Under the pieces are notes generated by a model that saw only the letters and a program-made list of their open reading frames with translations, did no database searches and was not told the DNA's origin. A DNA stretch of 64,000 nucleotides, taken from Turneriella sp. GTDB taxonomy: Bacteria > Spirochaetota > Leptospiria > Turneriellales > Turneriellaceae. This document shows, piece after piece, positions 58,050-64,000 of this stretch (the first letter of the stretch is position 1; each line of letters begins with the position of its first letter). A program made the position numbers and the translations under genes. The stretch is from NCBI GenBank assembly GCA_965279515.1, contig CBDIID010000003.1:896001-960000 (forward strand), in the 5' to 3' direction.

Positions 58050-58538
58050 ATGAAAAAATTGATTCTGATGGGCCACGCGCTCATCCTGACTATTGCTTTT
58101 GCCCTGACCGGCAGTGTTGCGGCTAAATCCGCATGCCAGGGCCTCGGCGAAAGCGAATGCTCTTCCAACGAAAATTGCACATGGGTAAAAGGCTATGAGC
58201 AAAAAGACGGAGACAAAGTAAAAGCTTATTGCCGCGCAAAACCCGGTAAAGGCGACGGCGAAAAGAAAGAAAAAAAGAAGAAAGACAAATCAGACGAAGC
58301 AGTGAAGTCTGACGACGACAAAGCTGAGAAGAAAGACAAGAAAAAGAAGAAGAAAAAAGAAAAATCTGAAGAAGCCGTAAAAACTGACGACGCTAAAGCA
58401 GAAAAGAAAGAGAAAAAAGAAAAAAAGCCTAAGAAGAAAAAAGAGAAAGAAGACAAAAAAGAAACAAAGTCTGACGACAAAAAAGACGACGACAAGAAAA
58501 AATCTAAAAAGAAAAAGAAAGAGAAAAAAGAAGACTAA
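58050..58538 (+). CDS. Exported protein with 4-Cys N-terminal domain and Lys/Glu/Asp-rich tail
   Basis: Signal peptide; C..C..CTWV.GY..KDG.KV.AYCR; K/E/D low-complexity repeats; preceded by TTGACA, followed by a hairpin. Confidence 0.8.
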   Translation: MKKLILMGHALILTIAFALTGSVAAKSACQGLGESECSSNENCTWVKGYEQKDGDKVKAYCRAKPGKGDGEKKEKKKKDKSDEAVKSDDDKAEKKDKKKKKKKEKSEEAVKTDDAKAEKKEKKEKKPKKKKEKEDKKETKSDDKKDDDKKKSKKKKKEKKED

Positions 58539-58554
58539 TCCAGTTTCTTCAACT

Positions 58555-58582
58555 CCGGCCGCAATAAAACGCGGCCGGCTTT
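58555..58582 (+). terminator. Hairpin after the Lys-rich gene
   Basis: CCGGCCGC-AATAAAAC-GCGGCCGG-CTTT. Confidence 0.55.
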
Positions 58583-58586
58583 ATCT

Positions 58587-59489
58587 ATGCACATTACCGG
58601 CTTCTCATTCATTCGCAATGCGATCAAATATGATTATCCGATCAAAGAATCGCTCGAATCGTTATTACCCATAGTCGACGAAATTGTCGTCGCCGTCGGA
58701 AAATCTGACGACAAAACCCTCGAACTCATACAAAAAATAGATAAAAATAAAATCCGCATTCTGAAGACCGTCTGGGACGACTCAAAGCGCGAAGGCGGCC
58801 GTGTGCTCGCCGAAGAGACGCAGAAGGCGTACGAAGCCATCGGCGATCGCGACCAAGGTGCGGACTGGGCATTTTACCTGCAAGGTGACGAAGTCTTGCA
58901 TGAGCAGGACTACCCCGTTATCCGCGCGGCAGCCGAAAAATACCGCAGCGACGAGCGCGTCGACGGCTTACTTTTCAAATACAAACATTTTTACGGCTCT
59001 TACGATTACCTGGGTGCATCACGACGCTGGTACCGGCGCGAAATCCGCATCGTACGCCCGCCGCAATTTTCCCTGAAACCAGAGATGAAAATTTATTCCT
59101 ATAAAGACGCACAGGGTTTCCGTAAAGACGACAACCGTAAACTCAGCGTGAAGGAAATCGACGCACACATCTATCATTATGGCTGGGTGAAACCCCCCGA
59201 AGCGCAGATGCAGAAGCAGCAGACATTTAACAAATACTGGCATAATGACCAGTGGATGCAGGAAAATATACCCGCGGCTGCCGAATTTGATTATTCGAAC
59301 ATCGACTCGCTGGCGCGTTTTGAAGGCAGCCACCCGGTCGTGATGAAAGACCGCATCCGCAAAAAGAACTGGCGCTTCGATTTCGATATCAGCCGGTCGA
59401 AATATACGCTGAAAGAAAAGATTTCTGCCTTCATTGAAAAGTTCACCGGTTACCGCCCCGGCGAATATAAGAACTACAAAAAAATCTGA
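58587..59489 (+). CDS. GT2-like glycosyltransferase
   Basis: GFSFIRNAIKYDYP, SDDKT, DWAFYLQGDEVLHE, YHYGWVK. Confidence 0.85.
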   Translation: MHITGFSFIRNAIKYDYPIKESLESLLPIVDEIVVAVGKSDDKTLELIQKIDKNKIRILKTVWDDSKREGGRVLAEETQKAYEAIGDRDQGADWAFYLQGDEVLHEQDYPVIRAAAEKYRSDERVDGLLFKYKHFYGSYDYLGASRRWYRREIRIVRPPQFSLKPEMKIYSYKDAQGFRKDDNRKLSVKEIDAHIYHYGWVKPPEAQMQKQQTFNKYWHNDQWMQENIPAAAEFDYSNIDSLARFEGSHPVVMKDRIRKKNWRFDFDISRSKYTLKEKISAFIEKFTGYRPGEYKNYKKI

Positions 59490-59492
59490 AAT

Positions 59493-60143
59493 TTAAAGCA
59501 GTTCAGCGCGCAGCTCGGCAATGCTGCCCAGCACCCTGAGCGGCGACGCAGAGAGCAGCTCGGCTTCACTATGCGCCCCGTGGGTTAATCCCACTGAAGC
59601 GATGCCTGCATTAGACGCCATCTTCAGGTCATGTCTGGTATCGCCGACCATGATTGCCCGGGCGGCGTCGATTCCCGCCGCAGCCAAAAGCTCGCGGATC
59701 ATCTGCGGATCAGGCTTGGGGCGGCACTCTTCGGGTGTGCGCGAGTGCGCGACAAAGGCAGCAAGTCCCGTCGTTGCCAGGGTGCGGTCGATGCCCGCGC
59801 GGCTTTTCGCGGTCGCCACGGTAACAATTTTGCCCGCTGCGTGAAGGTCACGCACCAGCTCGTAGGCGCCCTCATAGAGTTCGATTTTTCCCTCTCCCGC
59901 TTCATAGGCAGTGCGGTAGGCACGGTGGAAGGAAGACAAAAATTCGGGACTTAACGCGGCTTCGTCGGGAAAGAGCTGTTTTTGCGCGGCCTTCAGGCCG
60001 AGGCCGATTATATCACGGGCTATCGCCATCGGTATTTCGCGGCCGACCTCGCGGCCGGCGGCGATAATGGAATCTGCGATGAGATCAATCGACCGGTAGA
60101 GCGTACCATCCCAATCGAAAATGATGAGTTCGGCGCTGCGCAG
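59493..60143 (-). CDS. HAD-IA family phosphatase (Gph-like), apparent CTG start
   Basis: The frame continues upstream of ATG 60029 to include motif I IIFDWDGTL; also VATAK, KPDP, MVGDT..D; in-frame TGA just upstream. Confidence 0.88.
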   Translation of the reverse strand: MRSAELIIFDWDGTLYRSIDLIADSIIAAGREVGREIPMAIARDIIGLGLKAAQKQLFPDEAALSPEFLSSFHRAYRTAYEAGEGKIELYEGAYELVRDLHAAGKIVTVATAKSRAGIDRTLATTGLAAFVAHSRTPEECRPKPDPQMIRELLAAAGIDAARAIMVGDTRHDLKMASNAGIASVGLTHGAHSEAELLSASPLRVLGSIAELRAELL

Positions 60144-60145
60144 AG

Positions 60146-60550
60146 CTACTCTTCGTCGTCGTCATCATCGTCATCGTCGGGCAGCTCATAGTCGTCATAG
60201 GCATAACCGTCTTCGCCGGGGTCTTCTTGCCCGACATACTGAATCGGAATGATCTTATCGAGCATGACGACGTCGAACGAACTCTTGAGTTCTGGGTTCG
60301 CATTGATGACATTCAGGCGCCCATCGGTGCGCACGAGAATACTCTGCAGTTCGACAAACTTGGCGATGAGCTCTGAATTTGCTGAGTTGAGCTTTGCGAG
60401 GTCAATCTCGAGCAAAAGATTGGGAATCTTCGCCATCTCGAGCTCGCTGACGACGCGGTCCAGGTGCCGGATCATGTTGATGAGACCGAGCTTATTGTCC
60501 TGATCTTCAATGAGGACGAGCCATTTACTTTCGCTTTTGTTTACCTGCAT
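60146..60550 (-). CDS. STAS-like (anti-sigma-factor antagonist) protein with acidic tail
   Basis: IDLAKLNSANS...G.L.VINANPELKSSFDVVMLDKII pattern; poly-Asp C-terminus. Confidence 0.7.
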   Translation of the reverse strand: MQVNKSESKWLVLIEDQDNKLGLINMIRHLDRVVSELEMAKIPNLLLEIDLAKLNSANSELIAKFVELQSILVRTDGRLNVINANPELKSSFDVVMLDKIIPIQYVGQEDPGEDGYAYDDYELPDDDDDDDDEE

Positions 60551-60640
60551 AAATAAGTAGAGGCGGCATAGATTTTTTTTTATCTACACCGTCGACGAGA
60601 AAAGTAGCAAATGCGCGGTGCGAAAGGCGCTTCAGGAAGG

Positions 60641-61021
60641 CTAAACCGGGCGCCAGATCAGTGCGAGCGCGATGGCCGGAACCAGTCCCTGCAGGAGCAC
60701 GCCGCGCAGCATAGCCATGCCCGCCGAAAACAACAAGACAAGCGCCGCAGCGACCATACTGCCCAAGGTGACCGTCAGAATCGCAACGGCCTGCGAGACA
60801 TATCCCGTATTCCAGAGATAAATGCCGGCAACCGTCGCAATAGCGAGAAACAGGTTATAGTACCCTTGGTTCAGCGCCATCAGTTTGGTAGTCTGCGCTT
60901 CGGCTTCGGTGCGGCGAAAAATCTTCCGCACGGCAGGTTTCATCCAGAACAGGCTTTCCATCGCGAAAAACAGCACATGAACGAAAGCGGCAACGGCCGC
61001 AAGGATCGATATGGTTAACAT
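60641..61021 (-). CDS. DUF1304 family membrane protein
   Basis: VHVLFFAMES..W, ALNQGYYNLFLA, LLQG. Confidence 0.85.
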   Translation of the reverse strand: MLTISILAAVAAFVHVLFFAMESLFWMKPAVRKIFRRTEAEAQTTKLMALNQGYYNLFLAIATVAGIYLWNTGYVSQAVAILTVTLGSMVAAALVLLFSAGMAMLRGVLLQGLVPAIALALIWRPV

Positions 61022-61118
61022 GGCTGATTCATATGCGAAGCATCCGGATGTCAACTAAAACGCGGGCCCCATCAAATCGCGATTTACAGCGCCGTTAAAG
61101 GCCATGTGCTGCCGGGCG

Positions 61119-61610
61119 ATGAGCGAAGCCGTACACCCACCACGCAAACGGATTGCGCAGATCGGCTTCATCACGATCGGATTGCCGTTTGCGGCGTTTA
61201 AGATTCTCTTCGGCCTGACCATGCCGGCGCTCTGGCCGGGGCAGGCAGCCCAGATCGGCGGCGCGGGGCTTGTTATTCTCGGTGCTCTTGATCTCCTGGT
61301 CAACGCGCTTAACTCCACATTTATGCTGGTTCGCGGAAAAATTTTGACGCAGGTCTGCGTGTTCGCGATCCTCTTCGATTGGCTGGGAAAAAAGAGAGTG
61401 GAGGGCGATAAGGCAACAATCCGTTCCGCGGATTTCGGCACGGCGCTCGATGTCATGCTGTCCTTCACGCTGGTCGCGCTCTGTGTAGGGCTCAATCTCC
61501 TGGCGCGCTTTGGCGAAAGCGAACGGCTGCTGTGGAACCTCAGCGTCGTTGTCAACGTGCTCGGCGCAGGTGTCTCGCGCATCATGGTTTCTATTCTCAA
61601 GGCGGATTGA
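61119..61610 (+). CDS. Hypothetical membrane protein
   Basis: About 4 TM helices; ends 1 nt before the cobB start. Confidence 0.7.
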   Translation: MSEAVHPPRKRIAQIGFITIGLPFAAFKILFGLTMPALWPGQAAQIGGAGLVILGALDLLVNALNSTFMLVRGKILTQVCVFAILFDWLGKKRVEGDKATIRSADFGTALDVMLSFTLVALCVGLNLLARFGESERLLWNLSVVVNVLGAGVSRIMVSILKAD

Positions 61611-61611
61611 C

Positions 61612-62454
61612 ATGGCGGAAAAAACGGCGATCGAACGCGCGGCGGCGATTCTCAAAGCGGCGAAACATCCCCTCTTCCTGAGCGGCGCCGGTATCTCGGC
61701 CGAGAGCGGTATACCGACTTTTCGGGGCACAGGAGGTGCTCGAGCCGGCGGCGACAAGGATGTCGCAGCCGCCGGCCGCGGCGCCGAGGGGCTTTGGAAA
61801 AATTTTCGGGCCGAAGCGACACGAGGTCGCGAGTCGGACGCCGCCAGGATGGCGTCCTTGCGTCCCGAAGAGCTGGCGACGCCCGAAGCTTTTCGCCGCG
61901 ACCCGGCGCTCGTCTGGGAATGGTACAACTGGCGTAAGCGCCTGATCTCGGAAAAGCAGCCGAACCCGGCGCACCATGCGATTGTCACCATTCAGAAAAA
62001 ACTGCCGGAATTGCTTTCGGTAACGCAAAATGTCGACGGCTTTCACGCCCTCGCCGGTCTCGGTGAAATTCTCGAAATGCACGGCAATATTTTCCGCGCG
62101 CGGTGTACATCCTGCAAAGCGGTGCATGCGATGCGCGAAGATGTAGATCCCCACACCGCCTGCCCTGCCTGTATGGCGGCGGCGCTGCGCCCCGACATCG
62201 TCTGGTTCGGCGAGCAGCTGCCGTCAGCCATTCTCGACAAGATCTACGAACGGCTACGTATCGCCGATGTCATTCTCGTGGTCGGCACTTCAGGGCAGGT
62301 TTACCCGGCCGCAGGTTTTGCGGTCGAGGTCAGGCGCCGCGAAGGGCATGTGATCGAGATCAACATTGAAGAGGGCCACAAGGCGTATGCGAACGATATT
62401 TATATCCGCGGCAAGGCGGGAGATATTTTGCCACAGATTGCGGAGCTGGTTTAA
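61612..62454 (+). CDS. cobB: NAD-dependent protein deacylase (class III sirtuin) with two 18-aa palindrome-derived insertions
   Basis: GAGISAESGIPTFRG, YNWR (YxxR), PNPAH, TQNVDG, HG, CxxC...CxxC, LRPDIVWFGE, VGTSG.VYPAA. Confidence 0.95.
   Translation: MAEKTAIERAAAILKAAKHPLFLSGAGISAESGIPTFRGTGGARAGGDKDVAAAGRGAEGLWKNFRAEATRGRESDAARMASLRPEELATPEAFRRDPALVWEWYNWRKRLISEKQPNPAHHAIVTIQKKLPELLSVTQNVDGFHALAGLGEILEMHGNIFRARCTSCKAVHAMREDVDPHTACPACMAAALRPDIVWFGEQLPSAILDKIYERLRIADVILVVGTSGQVYPAAGFAVEVRRREGHVIEINIEEGHKAYANDIYIRGKAGDILPQIAELV
61727..61776 (+). repeat. Twin-hairpin A(N)GGA-loop element (copy 5), in-frame in cobB
   Basis: GCAC-AGGAG-GTGC TCGA GCCGGCGGC-GAC-AAGGAT-GTC-GCA-GCCGCCGGC. Confidence 0.9.
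61816..61865 (+). repeat. Twin-hairpin A(N)GGA-loop element (copy 6), in-frame in cobB
   Basis: GCGAC-ACGAG-GTCGC GAGTC GGACGC-CGCC-AGGAT-GGCG-TCCTT-GCGTCC; first loop degenerate (ACGA). Confidence 0.88.
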
Positions 62455-62501
62455 CCCCACCCCGGCGCAAGCGCCGCCCCTCCCCACGATGTGGAGAGGG
62501 G
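62455..62501. repeat. C-rich/G-rich palindromic intergenic element
   Basis: CCCCACCC-CGGCGCAAGCGCCG-CCCCTCCCCAC-GAT-GTGGAGAGGGG between convergent genes. Confidence 0.65.
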
Positions 62502-62511
62502 TAGAGCGGGA

Positions 62512-63075
62512 TCAAAAAGGTATGAACACCACTGGCGCCCATTGCCATTCACTCTGGCTATAGTTATCAATCGCAAACGTCACGTAGCTGATTGAAATCC
62601 CCCAATAGATTCGCCCGATAAGATTTGTCATCAAACCAACCGAAGGGCCGTGAGACCATCCGTCAGCCTGGAGATTACCGCGAAAAAAATGACGGTCCGC
62701 ACCATAAGAGACTTTGAAAAGGTATCCGCTGAATGGACCGATGTAGTATGCAAGGGCCGGGCCGACATAATAATTATTAACAGCAGAGGAAAACAGAGCA
62801 CCACCGCCGGCCTGTAACGCAAGACGATCGATCAGAAAATAGCTGAAAACCCCGTATCCGCCCCAAACAAGAGTTGAATTTACGGAACCGAATGCAGGCC
62901 CGAGACTGAACCCCACGCAGCCCGCGCCAAAGGCAAAGTCCGTGCATGTCCGCTTCTTCTCAGCGTGCTCCGCGCCGATTGTGAGCGGTTTGTTTTCGTC
63001 AAAATCCTGTGCGGTTACCGCCGCGACGGATACCAAACTCATCAAACAAATTACCAGAAACTTATGCGCCTGCAT
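62512..63075 (-). CDS. Hypothetical small outer-membrane beta-barrel protein
   Basis: Signal peptide, amphipathic Gly/aromatic strands, C-terminal Phe. Confidence 0.7.
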   Translation of the reverse strand: MQAHKFLVICLMSLVSVAAVTAQDFDENKPLTIGAEHAEKKRTCTDFAFGAGCVGFSLGPAFGSVNSTLVWGGYGVFSYFLIDRLALQAGGGALFSSAVNNYYVGPALAYYIGPFSGYLFKVSYGADRHFFRGNLQADGWSHGPSVGLMTNLIGRIYWGISISYVTFAIDNYSQSEWQWAPVVFIPF

Positions 63076-63083
63076 ATTACCTC

Positions 63084-64000
63084 TCATGCACTCAGTTCTT
63101 TGACCATATCGCAAAAAATATGCGCGCCCTCTTCGAGCACCTCTTCGCGCGTCGCATAGCTGATGCGAATCGATTTGCGGTTAGCACTGAAGATATAACC
63201 CGGCACCAGTAACAGCCTGCGCTCGATTGCCTTGGTTACGAATTCTGACGAATCTATGGGAACATCCGGATAAACATAAAAGGCGCCGTCGGGATAAGGC
63301 AGCTTGGTCACTTTGGATAGAATGCCATAGACCAGATCGCGCCGCTTGCGCATAAACTGGAGCTCCGCCTCGATCGGCGTTTTTAATGCCACAATGGCGC
63401 CGCACTGCACGACATGCGGCGAGCAGACCATGGTGTATTGCTGGAGCGTCACCATCTTCTGCACAATGCCCGCAAAACGTTCGGGCGCCGCAAGATAACC
63501 GGCGCGCAAACCCGTCATCGCATGGCTCTTCGAAAAGCCGTTCAGCGTCAGCGTGCGCTCGGGGTCGATCGACGCCATGCTGACATGGGTTTTTTCATAA
63601 TCGAATGCCGCGTAAATTTCGTCCGAAGCGATGATTGCATCGTTATCTGCGCCTAATTTCGATAACAGTTCGAGTTGCTCGCGCCTGAGAATTTTCCCTG
63701 TCGGATTCGACGGCGAGGCGAACATGATGAGTTTGAGTTTGACATTGTCGCGTTTCAGTGTCTCTGCCAGGTTCGCGATCTCAGCGGCACCAAAACTTTC
63801 AGGAACAGTGTATTGCCTGCCCTCGTGGTATTTGACGAGCGCGGGATAGATCATAAAATAAGGATCGATGAGCAACACCGCGTCGCCCTTACCCACCATT
63901 GTCTGGAATAAGAGAAAAAGAATCGAGGCGACGCCCGTCGAAACAATGATGTTATCGGGTTTGGTTTCATAGCCGATTTTGGGCGCGAGAAACGCACTGA
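63084..64000 (-). CDS. PLP-dependent aminotransferase class I/II (5' end outside window)
   Basis: SPSNPTG, SDEIY, NGFSKSHAMTGLRAG, GAFY; frame stays open to the window end. Confidence 0.92.
   Translation of the reverse strand, partial: SAFLAPKIGYETKPDNIIVSTGVASILFLLFQTMVGKGDAVLLIDPYFMIYPALVKYHEGRQYTVPESFGAAEIANLAETLKRDNVKLKLIMFASPSNPTGKILRREQLELLSKLGADNDAIIASDEIYAAFDYEKTHVSMASIDPERTLTLNGFSKSHAMTGLRAGYLAAPERFAGIVQKMVTLQQYTMVCSPHVVQCGAIVALKTPIEAELQFMRKRRDLVYGILSKVTKLPYPDGAFYVYPDVPIDSSEFVTKAIERRLLLVPGYIFSANRKSIRISYATREEVLEEGAHIFCDMVKELSA

Noticed and set aside
59056..59096. Possible small palindromic insertion in the GT2 gene (PPQFSLKPEMK; AATTTTC...GAAAATT)
   Set aside because: The hairpin is weak and AT-rich with no GGA loop; it cannot be told from ordinary loop variation without an orthologue alignment.
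59493..60143. HAD gene as a frameshifted or truncated pseudogene
   Set aside because: Motif I is in the same open frame as the rest of the gene; only a canonical start codon is missing.
61612..62454. Sirtuin as an anti-phage SIR2 effector (Thoeris/DSR)
   Set aside because: It is a typical stand-alone class III CobB with a zinc ribbon and YxxR motif, and has no defence neighbours.

Overview
A mostly housekeeping 64-kb window from a moderately GC-rich bacterium. The gene content (Ig-repeat lipoprotein, several SpoIIE/PP2C phosphatases, Uma2, NifU-pentapeptide fusion) suggests a Leptospiraceae spirochaete such as a Turneriella-like organism; this is inference. It contains four tRNA genes (Ser, Phe, Met, fMet), tmRNA, a pstSCAB-phoU operon extended by a CBS-PP2C gene, a PlcP/LpxH-like phosphoesterase and a GT4 gene, an 11-kb Ig-repeat lipoprotein gene, lhr, coaD, lnt, lolCE/lolD, cobB and various signalling and envelope genes. 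No CRISPR array, prophage, integrase or transposase was seen. The most striking unexplained signal is a family of ~50-bp twin-hairpin elements with A(N)GGA loops, matching the CsrA/Rsm-binding motif. Their architecture is conserved but their stem sequences differ in every copy. Three copies are intergenic and three are 54-bp (18-aa) in-frame insertions in conserved enzymes, twice in cobB and once in the transketolase C subunit. Smaller hairpin insertions interrupt a tandem pseudo-copy of tRNA-Met and an alpha/beta-hydrolase, and several other small palindromic repeat families are present. A HAD phosphatase gene appears to start at CTG.
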